Positions 12,357 to 25,690 of a stretch of DNA of 64,000 nt are shown in pieces. Below the pieces are notes generated by a model, which was not told the DNA's origin, ran no database searches, and saw only the letters and a list, made by a program, of their open reading frames with translations. The number at the start of each line of letters is the position of its first letter. The first letter of the stretch is position 1. A program made the translations under genes and the position numbers. The DNA comes from Spirogloea muscicola (taxonomy: Eukaryota): the NCBI GenBank assembly GCA_009602725.1, contig WELB01000026.1, forward strand, positions 410,530 through 474,529, written 5' to 3'.

Positions 12357-14150
12357 TCAATTTGCAGACATGCGTGCCTGCGGTGCAAAAGCTTGCCCCT
12401 GCAACTGGGTCTGGCTCTTGTCGCTCAGGTGTTTCACAAAATCTGCTCCAAATTGATCGGCAGAGGTTGGGCCCTGTCTCATGGCAAGAGCAAGACGTCC
12501 AAATTAAGATCATGAGCACAAGCAGGCTCCTCACTGGATACTCTAGCAACAATCTGCTTGAGAGCAGCAACCACCCTGAGGCTTCCTCGTCTGATAGAAG
12601 TAGCCTCCAAAGTCTGCACGCAGTTGCAAGGAGTGGGTCAGCGCGGACCTGGGCACTAATGAGCTCCCTGTCAACCGTGACCTTGGGAATCATAGGAAGA
12701 GCCTCCACCATTATGGCGCCATTGTTCCTCAACTCTGTCTCCACCTGTAAAAATCAAACAGCTCCCTGTTAATCAACACGTACTTGCTGACCAGGATACA
12801 GTCTCATTAAACTCCGCTAATAAATCTGGACATAGTCACCTTGTAAGGGAGATTGCTCATCCACATCAGCTCGTTGAGCTTCTCTTCCCGGTTCGAGTAG
12901 CATGTCATCTTGTACCCTGCATATGCCCATGGTGCATTTGGCTGCACCTGCTTTGTGGACAGTAGCGCAATGGGAGCGTGGCAGATCATTCCTGCCCAGC
13001 ACCCCACAAGGAGAATTGTGGCACCTACTCAGTACACTTCGTGCAATAGATGTGGCTCAGGACATTAGTGAACCAGCCAGTGCGCGCAAGTTATCGTGCT
13101 TTACGGATTGGCATGCAGCAGTCAGAAGATCTCAGTGAAAGCTTGACTGGGAACTGGTAGTGGAGATAGCTGACCGGTCGGCTTTGCGCGGTTGTGGAAG
13201 TGGAGGAGAATGCGGCCCAGGTTGGGGTCATTCCACAGGTCCGCCATCGGAGCATGGCCTTGAGAGACGAAGGAGGCAAGGAGGGTAGCAGACTACTGGT
13301 CAGATCAGAATGGGCATGTTCGGAGAGGCTGGCACTGTACCTTGGCGAGCAGCTCCGGGCAGAGTGCAGCTCAATCAGAGGTCCTTATGCCAACAACAAG
13401 AAGGGCACTACGATGGTGGACCAACCTCCCGGAACGAGAATGCCGTCAAAGGACTCCAGCTCCGTGTCGGAGATGGACGCGAACGGGCGGGGACGATCCA
13501 GGTTGCCCTCCGCGTGCATGCGGTCCAGCATCTTCACCTCCTCGTCCTTCTCGGACCAGTGCAGGGGGTTGAACCACAGCTTGCTGTTGGACATGGGGTC
13601 CATGGCCGGCGCGTTACCCTTCGGGTTGGCGAACTGGAGACGGCGCCGGCGACACCAAGGCAGGCGTCAGCGTCTTTAATTATTGACCAAGACCATCGCG
13701 GCTTTCAAGGACTGACCAAAACATACTGGACCGAGCGCAACGGTAAACGGAATTTAGTAGCCAAGCAGCTCGAGCTGTGCTCTCACCACCACTTGGTAGT
13801 TGTTCTCGAGGAGCCGGATGAGCGGCCGGCCGAGCTCCTTGAGGAAGAACCCCGTCGGCTGGTGCTTGCCGCTCTGTACGTTAAGCGATACATTAGCGGG
13901 AGCCCACCGTCAGCCGGCCGTCAGCTCCTCAGAGATTAGACGCCGAGGTGCCAAGTAGAAGCCGAGCGACGGCAAGTCTGGCTACCAAGGCCGAGGCCAG
14001 ACTTGAACATGCAACCTGCAGATCGATGTGGTCAGCGCTGGAGCAGCAGACGAGGACTTTGCCCCTGGCGGCGGCGCCGCCGGCGTTCGCGCCGGCGCCG
14101 GCTCGGGCGGTCGTCGCCGCCGCCGCCGCCGCCGGAGTCAACTGCGCCAT
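12357..14150 (-). CDS. DJ-1/PfpI (Hsp31/glyoxalase III-like, class I glutamine amidotransferase fold) copy 2, 7 exons, intact
   Basis: MAQLTP..GKVLVCCSSADHIDLQ|SGKHQPTGFFLKELGRP..|FANPKGNAPAMDP..FDGILVPGG|HAPMADLWNDPNLGRILLHFHNRAKPT|GMICHAPIALL..|..RELISAQ|GPTSADQFG..SAN*. Conserved Glu, PGGHxP and nucleophile-elbow Cys-His; same intron positions as copy 1. Confidence 0.88.
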
Positions 14151-14295
14151 GCTTGGCGGGACCGAGTCGCCGCCAGAATCGCCGCCGCCGCCTCCGCCGC
14201 CGCCGCCGCCGCTGCTGCCGCAATTCACGGCGTGCCGGCGGAGGGGGGGGCTGGGCGTAGTAGGCGAGTGTGGCCCTGTGGCAGTGCGGGTGGTC

Positions 14296-14372
14296 CGAGC
14301 GCCACGTCACTGCGCCGTCCGACGTGGTAGCCAGGTGGCGGGCTCCCGGATCCGCGTGGCTGATGACGTCAG
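14296..14372. promoter_or_regulatory. ABRE/G-box-like motif cluster upstream of DJ-1 copy 2
   Basis: GCCACGTC, GACGTGG, CGCGTGGC and TGACGTCA within ~75 bp, 150-220 bp upstream of the ATG. Confidence 0.45.
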
Positions 14373-14499
14373 TCCACTTGGCGCTCTCTGAGGCCTCCGC
14401 AGCACTTGTTTCGAAATTAGCGTGACACGCTTCCAATGCCAGTGACCCACGCCTCCGCAAACAGCAAATAGGAAGCTGTTCCGTAAGCGGGCGGTTGCT

Positions 14500-15300
14500 G
14501 TGGGATTCTTATGTGTGTGGAAGGCCAGCCCACAATAAGAGAAGGGCCCGCCCATCGAGGATAGGGGCTGGAAAAAGCCAGCCCAAAAAAGAATGAACAA
14601 AGGACGAGAAGGGGCCAGGGGAAGCACTAAGAACATTAAGCTCAAAAAGAAACGAAGCAGCTACGAAGCACTCAGTAACGGAGTGGACAAGGTCCGAAGG
14701 GAAAGCTCTTCGTGTCCTGGGATAGCGTCTTTCTTCTTCGTGTATTTGAAACAACCTGAGGCCAAATTGGCCAAGTACGTCTGATGACGTACATCACCCA
14801 CTGCAAACTTGACCCGCGCAGTGACCACGGGTCAACACATAAGGGTCGCTAATCGATGCCTGAATACCAGATGGCAGATTCGAACTTCTTTCTAAATCCC
14901 AGCCCTTCTGCAACCTCAGGGTCTCGGCGGAGTGCTTCTTTCCCAGCTTCGAGTTATTCTTACTTGCTGTTGCTCACCCGTGGATACTGAGCTTCCATCT
15001 GCATCATTTTGTGTCCAGTTGTGTAGTCTTCTCTTTCCGGCACCGTTTTGTGGCCTTTGGATGTTGTCCATTCTTTTCTGGGCTGGCTTTGCTAGCCTCT
15101 CATTTTTAATGGGCGAGCAATTTCTTCTGCCACCAACTAGAGCACTCCCAGCTTTCTGGTGCAAAGCATGAGCCTGAGCACAAAGGGGGGGCGGGTGTGG
15201 GAACGAAATCCGTGGGCTCGCTGTATACTTGCTGCCTGTGTACTTGGCCATTCAGGCCCTCCATCACTCAGTACCGCACTCCATCTTGTGCTATCTACGC
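14500..15300. mobile_element. Nested CRE-like fragments, including a + strand copy (14916-15123) inserted in a - strand copy with ~11-bp TSD
   Basis: CTTCTGCAACC (14905-14915) and CTTCTGCCACC (15124-15134) flank the insert. The host sequence is uninterrupted at ~52210 and ~56405. Confidence 0.75.
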
Positions 15301-16063
15301 CGGCTGCTGCCTCGGTCTCTCTGTGTGCCCCCTCGGAGATCTAGCAGCCTTGGCAGGAGGCAGATGTACTCTCTAAACCCAGCGCTCTAGAGTCCAACTT
15401 AGCCATCGTGTCCATTGTCGCGCGATATGCCTCCTTGTAAGCTGAATTTCTGCTGAAGGATAAAAGTGTTGCACAAGCACGACATCAGTAACTCACTAGC
15501 TATGTTGCACCTATTGATGCACTGCAGTCACATGGGACTCACCGCCTTCATTTGTGTGGCACAGGTTCAGTAATTCAGATATTTTGGACACAGCCTATAT
15601 ACTTCCTTGCAAGCTCAAAAGCTCTTCATATTAGCTTGCGTCCAACATATAGATTGATATTCAACTTGCAGCAAGCCGACGAGGCCGCAAATCTAACAAC
15701 GTACTCAACTGACTACACATAGGGCTCTTCGAAGAGTTTGTTCTACAATTGTTCTATAATCATTGTTCTACAATCAGAGCTACATTCGTAGTCAGAGGCA
15801 AATGGTGGAGAATGGCCGGCATAATGTTACAGAGGCAGCCCCCAGAGGCCTTGGCTTCCACCATTCCACCAAGTCCAGCAGCCATTGATCGGGTCCAAAA
15901 GAGCATGGGTCTCTATTAACAAAACCTCCGGTCTAGCATCATACTAGCGCATGTTGTGAACCATGACGACCTGCCGCCAAGCCTACCATGAGGGCAGTGC
16001 AATTGATGCAACAAAAGAAAAGAGAGGGGAGACAAGGGAGGGGCCAAGATGGCATGCAGCCTC

Positions 16064-17424
16064 CTATTTGGAAGCAAATGACACGCCACAGCTGCAAGAG
16101 GAGGTTGAGTTGGGATTTGCAACAACCTGCAGGAGCACAAGCACAGTGTCTTGCTTGGCCATCAAATGCACATTCTCTGCTTCCACACTATCCCAAAAGA
16201 AGTAGCTAAGGCTACAGCCCTGGTGCAAGATGGTGCTGGCAGCTGCCTGCCCTGCATGATGTGACAATTCTTGAGACTCACTGTGAAGGAGGAACGAATG
16301 AGCTCCTCAGTGAAGTCTACAGTGGCTCCGCGAACATAAGGGAGGGAGATGCTGTCCACGATAAGGTCCGCACCGTCCCGCGAGAATACCCTGGTACGTC
16401 AGCTTAACACAATTAGGCCCAGCCTAGCTAATCCCCTGTTTGTCCTACTAAAGAATAGTAGCATTAGACCTGGCAATACAGGCGGCCATGCGCCCGCTCA
16501 GAGCCCGTCCACCGGTGGCCCGTACCGGCGATTCCCTCACCTGTCCCCCTCGTTGCACCGGTCGTCGATGGAGAAGGCGTACTGATAGCCGGAGCAGCCG
16601 CCGCCGTCTACGCTGAGCCGCAGCATGAGGCCCTTTCCGTGCTCGCCCTCCCCCTGGCGGATGTCCTGCAGACGCTGCGGGCGCCAGAGCAAGGCGGGCA
16701 GCTCAAGTGATGTGAGGAAGGAGAGAGAGGCGGAACAAGCACATACCCCTACGGCTATCTGGCTTGTGCTCGGCGGCCTGCACAGCGACTAGAGGAGCTT
16801 AAGAGGCCCCGACAAGCCAGCAGGCGAATTGGGCCGCAGCAGCGCTCAAAAGCAGAACAAAGACTCTTCCAATAGAGGGCGATGGCTGTGATCGGCCAGC
16901 CCAATGAGAAGACGGAATTGTATTTGAAGGGGCCAGAAAGCTTTAGCGCACACAGCGGCGACTGGGTGCTCAATATCCCCTGTTGAGCTGCCGCAGGTCA
17001 GAGATGCTAGTCTCCGGGTAGCGGGTCCCCTGTCTATAGCCAGAGGCTCGGAAGGAGCGCAGGCAAGTGGTTCATCGGACAATGAGGTGAGTGAGAAGGG
17101 GAGGAGAGAGAAGCGAAGGGGAAGACGGAGACCGCAGAAACGTGGCGCCGGGAGCTGGAGAAGGGGAGGGTGGCCTGTCGCTTACTTTAGGACAGCTTAA
17201 AAGGTTTTAGGCTCAGCAGGTGACAACGGCGGGGTAGTGGGAGTTCGGGGGAGGGGGTGGGGAAGGGATGCAGGCCGGCTGACCCGCACGCAGTTGGCGG
17301 TCAGCGTGACGCCGTCCCCGCCGTCGGCGGCGGTGGCGTCGGCGAAGTCCGGCGCCGCGGCCCCGGAGAAGGACCGGGCAGCGGGCCGCGCCCAGCTTCC
17401 GCCGGCGGCGGCGGCGGAGGCGGC
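16064..17424 (-). CDS. ISCA2: Mitochondrial iron-sulfur assembly protein IscA2/HesB family; 4 exons visible, start codon lost in N-gap
   Basis: GVTLTANCVR|RLQDIRQ..LMLRLSVDGGGCSGYQYAFSID..GD|RVFSRDGADLIVDSISLPYVRGATVDFTEELIRSSFT|VVANPNSTSSCSCGVSFASK*. GGCSG and CSCGxSF motifs; Ala/Arg-rich presequence. Confidence 0.92.
16855..17048 (-). mobile_element. CRE-like 3' fragment inside ISCA2 intron 1
   Basis: RGY-type stop (tcaatatcccct) at ~16970 followed by the GGGCTGGCCGATCACAGCC..TTGGAAGAG tail. Confidence 0.7.
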
Positions 17425-17551
17425 NNNNNNNNNNNNNNNNNNNNNNNNNNNNNNNNNNNNNNNNNNNNNNNNNNNNNNNNNNNNNNNNNNNNNNNNNNNN
17501 NNNNNNNNNNNNNNNNNNNNNNNNNNNNNNNNNNNNNNNNNNNNNNNNNNN

Positions 17552-17663
<112 letters not shown>

Positions 17664-20600
17664 CTGGAGCCGCGGGCTCCTCCCCCGCCGGCGGCGGCCC
17701 TGGCGGCGGCGCCGGAGAGGAGGCTGCTGCAGCCAAGGGCGCGAGTCGGCTGCCGCCGCAGGGCGGCGCTGGCCCCGCGCGCTGGCCGCAAGCTGCCCGG
17801 AGAGCGGGAGGACTTGCTGGACAAGCGGCCGGACGACGGGCTCGGCGGCGTCAGCGGCGGCAGCGCTGGCGGCGTGGCGGCTGACGAGCAGTCTGCCCTT
17901 TCGGCCATGGAGCTGCGCTTCGGGCGGCTTCTTGGGGAGGCGCCGCAGCGGACCATGTCCAAGGTGCGGCTTACCGTTAGGCATCAAGGCAATACGATGG
18001 CAATCTGAAGGCTGCAGCCAGGGCCTTGCTTGCGTCTTGCCACTGCTAAACCCTCGGCAGCTGCTGTTTTGTTGCCAATTCTAGCTTTTCTTGGCTTACA
18101 ACAATCCGTGAGCTTCTGAGAAGCTCCATAATCTGCACTTTATTGCTCAACACACACGAAGCAACGCTCATGCGGCAGACTGGCTGCTGTGGCTGCCGCA
18201 GCCGCCGCCGCTGCCGTACCTTGCCGCTTCTATCCTTTCTGGGTTTACAGCAAGCCTTGAGCTTTCAAGAATCTCCATTATTTTGCACTTGATGCTCAGG
18301 ACTTCACGCAGCAATGCTCATGCGGCAGACTGGCTGCGACGGGCCTGCAGGTGATGAGGAAGCGCGCCGACCCCGCCGCGAGCTTCGTGGACCTGGACCG
18401 GGCCCAGCAGCAGGAGGCGGAGGTGGCGGCCGCTGGCAACGGCCGGCGGGGGCCGGCTGCCAGTGCTGCTGAGATGAAGCGCGACTTCGCACGCCTGCTG
18501 GCAGAGGAGACTGCCAAGGCCAGTGGCAACCGCAGCTCCAGCATGCGATCCAAAATCACAGCTGCGATTTATGACGACGACCAAGATGGCGCCGGAGGCA
18601 GCTCCATGCCAAGGCTTGCTAGCCGGCCTTCGCGGCCAGCAGGGCACAGCACAGACTCGGCTGCGCCTCGGAGCAGCCGCCCGCGTCTTGCTCCGGGTGC
18701 AGCACCGCATTCGCCAGTCGCTCTTGCCAGGCCGGCCGCTCCACAGCCACCGGCGAGACGGCCGAGCCCGCTGGCCAGCTTCGAGGGCGCCCTGCCGCCC
18801 GAGCGTGCTGACGACGACGGCATCATTGTCGCCCCAGTGTCAGTGCCGCGGCGGTCGGTGGCAGCCGATAGTGGCAGCGGCAGCAGCAGCAGCGGGGGTG
18901 CACTGCCATCTGCCCTGCTCGACCGGAGCATCCGACGTCCACAGGCCATGCACCGCAGCGCAGAAGCAGAGCCGGCGGCGGCGTTGGAGGAGCAGCCGGC
19001 AGGCCCCACTGCGGTCCAAGGTGCGGTGGCTGAGGCTACAGCGGCTCCAGCCATTGCGGAGGAACGGTCGGGCAAGGGGCTCCTGGCTGTCCCGCCGGAT
19101 CACCAGGCTTCTGGGAAACGCGGAGATGAGGACGCCGCCGGGACCCGTCAAGCGACGGTGCCGGCAGTATTGCCGCCGAGGAGGCTCCCAGAGCTTGCCA
19201 GCAGGCCGGTACCGGTCAACAAGTCAAGGCGCCTGACCTCGTCTGAGGCGCATGACGCAGTCGCAAGTGCAGCAGTAGCGCCAACAGAGGCGAAGGATGT
19301 CACTCTGTTGCCCCCAGAAGCGGAGGCTCAGCACAAGCCGGCTGTCGGCAGTGGCGACGGCTCATACGCCGGGCGGCTATCACCAATGCCTCCCTCTGAG
19401 GCGACGGGACCCCCAGCTGCTTCCAGTGATGGCCAAGCCACCGAGCCGCCTACTGCAGCAGGGACCGTTGAGGAAGTGTCGTCTGGCGCAGAGTTGCCGT
19501 CCATGGAGCTGCTCGTTGAACCTGCAGCGGCCATCAGGAGCCCCGCTAGGAGTGCTCCTGTTGAAGGCCTTGCTGAAGCGCCTGTCAGCGAGCCCACATT
19601 GGCTCAGGCAGGCATTCAGGCGCCGCAGCAGGACCTGACTGGATGGTCAGCTGAGGCCCAGGCGGCGGCAGAGCGCGGCAAAGCTGCGCGCCTCCGCGAG
19701 GAGCGAGAGCGCTCCGCAGCTCGCCTGCCCCAGCCCAAGGATCTACAGCACCGCCTCGATGCTGCTGCCGCCCCCATTGCCACCGCCAGGTCCAGCAAAC
19801 TTGGCCTCCTTGGCGGCTAGTGGCGTCATCGTGCCACTCAGATAGACCTGCAAGAGCTGCTCAAACTCTGAAGTGTTGAGGTGTTGCATTCAATAACCAA
19901 CGCTTGTTATCATTGCTGTAGGGTTTGTGACTTCTAAAGTTGAAAGTTAGGAGTGGCGACTAGATTCAGCATGTTAAGTAGGCAGAGGCAATTATTGTCT
20001 TGCGCTGAGATACGCCGTGGCAATGATTGTGCTCCTTGCAGAGCTGCTGAGCCCTCCACAGTGGCGGCCAGTACCATGGCTGCCAGTGCGGCCCAACGAC
20101 TCTTGCGGAGACCTTCCGGGCGGCCACCTGTCCAGCAGGAGCTGCAGGCGCGTGGTCCAATGGCGCTGGAAGCGACCGCCGCTGACGACCTGCGCACCAC
20201 AAGGCCGCCGCTGCCCAAACCCAGGATCGTGCCCGCTGTCAGGAATGTCCGTGACAGTAATGATGTCGGACCTCTGCCAAGCGCTGCGGCTGCCAGCAGA
20301 GGGGCTTCTGCCGGCAACTCCAGGCCTCTGATGTCGCAGTCGAGGCCCGGCAGCAGGCCAAGCCTCAGGAACGAGAAAGGCGACAAGGTGAGCACCATTG
20401 CCAGCGGGTGCGTTCCTTGTCATTATCACTCGCTTTAACCCAAGCTATTACACCTCAATTGTGCATATGTGGTGCAGGTGCTCCAACATGCAGAGCAATA
20501 TGTGAACGTAATCACTGACTATGTGAACAACGGAATGCGAGGCCTCTTTTCCAGACAAACAGCTCACCTAGCCTTGTTTTGTTTGCCCTGTCATTTCAGG

Positions 20601-23600
20601 AGGCCGACGCCCGCGATTGGGCTCGGGCGGAGGCCCTGCTGGCGTCTGGCGTTGTTGAGGAGGCGGAGGTTGTTGGTTGCAATAGTGGTGGCCTGCTGGT
20701 GAGCTTCCTCACTTACTGATTTAGTTCTCCTGCCTGGTATCACCTCCAAATCTAGGAGTTGATGCATTGTTGGCTCTGCTAGTTGGCTCTGCTGATTCGC
20801 TGTGTGAGTGGCAATGTAACCAAGGCTTGAGCACCAAGGGTCAGGGTTCTATCCACAGGCATGTCCAAGCATGGAGCAAGTCATGCTAGTACAAACTCTG
20901 TTAACATCCGTTTATAGTCTGCATGCTTTGCCGAGCATTTTGCGCTGTGCATTTTCCATGACACTCGCATGGTTGCGACTACTGGATCACCGATGGAAGC
21001 CAAGTCATTGCGGCTGTCCCTGATTACAGGTCTCGTTTGGGTCACTTATCGCTTTCCTACCATCCTCGGAGCTGGCGGCGAGCAAGCGGCTTCCAAGCTT
21101 GGAGAGGTGGGGCCGGCTCAAGGGCCTGGACATGGCGTGGGCTGTCCAGCCGATGGGCGACAAGGGAACCGCCGTGTTTGCCAGCCCTCGGAATGTTGAA
21201 GCTGCAGCGGATGCCGCACAGCAAGAGGCTGTGCCAGTGGAGCGGCAAGAGGAGCTCCGCCGCGAGTACAAAGAAGAGCGACTGAGGCACCTGAGCTCGC
21301 ATGTTGGCCAGGTAAACATGTCCACTTTGTGCAACAAATCCTTAAGTAAGCTCCTTGAGCTCTTGGAAGCCAGTCCACTTGAAGCAGTGCAATTTCAGCG
21401 CTTTCAAGTCCGCTGAATACATGACCCTACATGCAATGAAATTGAACCCACGGTTCTGTCTGGAGGCTGGTACCCCTCCGTGATGCATTCACCCTATGAT
21501 CACAAATAATCGGTAGTTGATCAGAATTGGATTGAGCATTATGTGGTTCAATAATAAAGTCATGTGTATGCTACATGATGTACGTACATGACTCGTATAC
21601 TGACTACGTAAGCCTCTGATCATGGATATTTGTTCAGAAATTGAAGTTGAAGGTAAAGACCGTGAACAGGCAGCGGAGGCAGCTGATCATCTCTGAGAAG
21701 GCCACCGAGTCAGATACGGGCGAGGCGCTCCAGAAGAAGCAAGAAGTTCTGGTGAATACTGTGCAAGTATCAACTATCGATTGAAGACTGCAATACTGGC
21801 CTTGACTGCCTGCTTGGAGTGAGCGAAATAGCTCACCTGATTGTTGACTTCTTTACCGTCCAGGCCGGCCTAAAGGAGGGCGACACAGTGTCGTGCCGCG
21901 TGACTGTCATCACTCAGTACGGCGTTTTTGTGGAGGTAGGCGCCACCTTGAGTCTTCCTTGAAAAATCAATTGAGCAAGTTCTGCTCATGTGGAACAACA
22001 ACAGACACCATGAGGGCTTACATGAGGCCTTGCTTAAGGGCTTGAAGAATACTTGAATGTCATGTGCATGCCCCTTGCGTCTTGCAGCTGCGTGGCGTGA
22101 CGGCCATGATACATAGCTCGGAGCTGTCGTGGAGCAAGCCAAAGGATCCAACGACACTCCTCAGCATTGGCCAGGCGAGCACTCTCTCTGCTCGACCAGA
22201 TGCGCAGAGTTGGGCATATGCAGCCTGCTCCTGACGCCCTCTTCTTGGGCTAGAGCATTTGGTCTGATGCAAAATAGTGGACTTTTCCCTAAGATCCACG
22301 GTTTGACAATCTCTACCCAAGCGGAGGAGGAGCTAGACCATCATAAATTGTCATGTAAGGCACCTATGGTTAAGCTGGCTTGCTGATGTGTTCCTTGGCC
22401 TTGCCTTCTTTCCCTTTCGCACATTCACAGGAGATCGAAGCGATGGTGTACAAGCTAGACTTCCAAACGTCTCGAATCAACCTGTCACTCAAACAGCTGC
22501 AGGTCCGATGAGTGACCATGTGAAGCTGATAATTGGAACGAGCATATACATTTGTCATCAAGATGGTTCCATACTCAATGTCTTCAGCTTTTGCTATACT
22601 TGTATATTTCATCTGTCCTCCTGAGCAATAGCAACGATAGCAGCAGAGATGCAAAGTAGTGATGACTCTGATCAATGCACGACTGGCTCTGTACTTGCAA
22701 AGCTGAAGGCTGGGTGCCCACGTCAAAATTTCTCTTCTTGCAAGAGTGGGCCTCTTCTTGCAATACACCAGGATGCTTGCGCTTCATATTGCCATGGGCT
22801 CCAACCTTGACCAAATGCTTCTGTCATGGCCTACAGCCTGACCCACTTATGGAGACGCTTGAATCACTTGTTGGAGTACCGTCTGAAACGGCGGAGTGGT
22901 TCTCCAATAGCTTGGAACCCTCAGCGTCAGCCCAGGTAGGTAATTTGTCGTTTCTATCACCCAACAATTGACGACAGACTGTCCTCTTCTTGCCAGCTAG
23001 GCCGAGTACTTCGCTGCTAGCTGAGATGTTGCCAGAGTGAGCGCAACTTTGTCAGACCTCTTCTTGCACGCTAGGCCCAGTGCTTTTGTCCATGAAGAGA
23101 AGTTAGCAGCTGTTTTGTCCAGACTTGAACCCTTGATCTTGAAGCCGTTCTTTGTTGCAGAGGGCTGACTGGGAACTCTACTTGGCTTGGTGCAGGCTGA
23201 GCCCTTGCCGGAGGTCAGCTCCGTCATCCGGAAGCTGCAGGAGCAGCCGGCCATTATGAGTGTGGCGCTTGGCCGCAGCCTGCGTGCCTCGTCCCTGGCC
23301 ACCTCCTTCCAGGTGAGCTTTTGCTTCTGTGCAAGGCTCTCACCTTGACATAGCTGTGTCGTATGCCGCAGGATGTATCTCTTGCAGCTGCGGATTACTG
23401 CAAACAGTGTAGCTGCACACATTGTACTTGCTAATATTGCATCTTGCACACACTAATTAGTAAGCCAGTGTGTTGCACAACAAGCTGCTTTGACTTTGGG
23501 AATCTACAGGTGTACCTATCGGAGCAGCTGGACAATGGCTTCAAGCTGCTAGCACGCTCCGGCCAGCAGGTTCAAGAGGTAGATTGCTGGCAATCGTGAA

Positions 23601-23834
23601 GTCCTCAAGCCCTCCTCTTAACTTGTCTCCTTCAAACAATGGAGTAATTGCGGCATGCTGACAAGTATGTTACTTGCCTGTACCTTAAATTTGCGGATCT
23701 CAATGTGCGCATAGTTGGAGACTGACGCCCTGGGAGTTGCTTGCTGCTGCATGGTGCAGATTCTTGTGCAGACCTTGCTGAACAAGGAGCAGATGAAGGC
23801 AGCAATCAAGGAGGCAATGTACAGCGATGCTTAG
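17664..23834 (+). CDS. Chloroplast S1-domain RNA-binding protein (At1g12800/SDP-like), multi-exon; 5' end truncated by gap
   Basis: MELRFGRLLGEAPQRTMSK|VMRKRADPAASFVDL, then a long low-complexity exon 18351-~19788, then VSFGSLIAFLP..EERLRHLSSHVGQ|KLKLKVKTVNRQRRQLIISEK|AGLKEGDTVSCRVTVITQYGVFVE|LRGVTAMIHSSELSW..IGQ|EIEAMVYKLDFQTSRINLSLKQLQ|PDPLMETLESLVG|..SFQ|VYL..FKLLARSGQQVQE|ILVQTLLNKEQMKAAI..DA*. Confidence 0.85.
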
Positions 23835-24719
23835 GGTGGCCTCTTGGTCACATCAGTGTCACACGCCATTGGGCATTGCCGGGTCGTGCAGGCACTGAGG
23901 TTGCACGTACTTGACCTGCTAGCTTCAGAGATTCAAGGGTGCTTGGTAGAGCTCTAGAAGAGCCTCCTGGGACCTGCTTACAGCTACAGCTTACTGCGTA
24001 GTCGACCGCCGTTGCCGAAGTAGGAGTTACGCCATCAGCTTTGCTTTGCTGTCATCAACTGGCGCAGCTTACGCTCTGCTTCACTTCCCACTCGCTCAGT
24101 GGTGGAGCAGGCGGGGGGCATAGATTGCACCCCTGACAGCTTTAATATCACCTCCTGACAGCTGGGGTATCCAGGGTCGCAATAAGGATCGGACTGACCT
24201 AGCGAAGATGCTAATGGGCTCAGTAGAGGCCGAGTCTACCACGAGGGACTTTTGCCGTACCTTATTACGCCCCCCGAGAATTGGTCAGCGAATGACAGAC
24301 TCCGTGGGCCCCGTAAAAGTGACTTTTGCGCTATGCAGAATATGTCGCTGCTATCAGCAACAGCACCAGCAGCAATAGCAGGAGGGAAAGCTTGGTTGCG
24401 CTGGGATGCTAAGAACCAAGGTTGCAGCCAATGTGGAAGTCAACTAGGGTTGCGGTTGGAGTCACAATGATACACCTCCTGATGACGTGAGAGGATGACG
24501 CGGAAGATGTGACCCGTGCTTTTGAGTTCATCGCTTCACTGAATGCAGAGGTTGTCAGAGACGTGCAGTGGGCTCCTTGCAGGTGACGGCCGAGAGAGGT
24601 GGCTTGGCCGCCTCCTCGGGATGGAGGCAGGCTGATTCCTTCCCTTCCTTATCAGCAACTTGCGGGCGTTGAGTAAGGGCTAATAATTCAGCAGAGCAAG
24701 TGGCCATGACTGGCGTTGA

Positions 24720-25690
24720 GTAGCGCTTGGCTTGGGGCTTTCACTGACCTTGTCCACTCTCTTTCGGTCGCCCTTGAACACACAGAAGCGCTTCCAATCT
24801 CCGGCAATGGCTGTGAGAGACCAGCGCGTATGTAAGTACAAGGTCTGAAAGGGCCGGAAGGGGAGATACTTGTCTCCAAAACGTCAGGAAGAGGCGCGCT
24901 CAATAACCTCGAGTCAGCAACACAGTTACACAGCCCTCTTCTCCTTACACAGCCAGTGCACGAGCTTCTCTGCGGGGTAAGAAGCTGTGCACGGGGGAAG
25001 ATGAAGACGAAGCTCTTCCGAGAGAAGAAGCTCTTATGACCTTCAACAGTGCTGGTCAAATCCGTCCCAAGAAGATTGGACAAGGTCCAGAGAAGAACAG
25101 TGGACGAGGAAGGAGGGGAAGCTTTGGAGAGCCACTTTCTTCTATTTTTCTGGGCAAATGTGGGTTGATCGTGTAACGTTCGACGAGATGTCAAGACTCT
25201 TGGTTAAGAAAAGTGAGCTCGTCCGAAGGGGGCTGTTTTCTGCCTAAGGGGGCGAGGGCTTTGAATCGCCAGCCCAAAAGAAAATAATGAGAATCCGACA
25301 GGGGCCAGAAAGCGCTGGAGCACACAAGTACTACGAATGAATAAGATTGCTCGCCCACAGAGAAGAGGGGCTGGCAAATGCTAGCCCGAAAAGAATGGAC
25401 AGAATCCAAAGAGCCAAAGAAAAGGTGCCGAGAAGGAAAACTACACAGCTAGACACGAGACGACGCAGAGGGAAGCTCAGTATCCACGAGTGAGCAGCAG
25501 CAAGTCGTAATAACTCGCAGCTGGGAAAGAGGCACTCCGCCTAGACCCAGATGCAGCAGCCATAGCGCGGCCAGCTCGCGAGTGGAACGCGTGAGCCAGG
25601 GAGCGCTGGAACGAGACCGACAGCCGCATGCGGCATACCTGCCTCTCAAAGTCGGCCTGCCCGCCCCGCGCGCCTGCTTCTCTACCATGG
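24720..25690. repeat. Cluster of CRE-like tails and an RLE C-terminal fragment (minus)
   Basis: MRLSVSFQRSLAHAFHSRAGRAMAAASG..YDLLLLTRGY* ending at 25477; several hairpin tails. Confidence 0.75.

Noticed and set aside
24097..24276. Possible MITE (CGGGGGGC..TA / TA..GCCCCCCG inverted ends)
   Set aside because: Short low-complexity inverted repeat, no TSD and single copy in the window.
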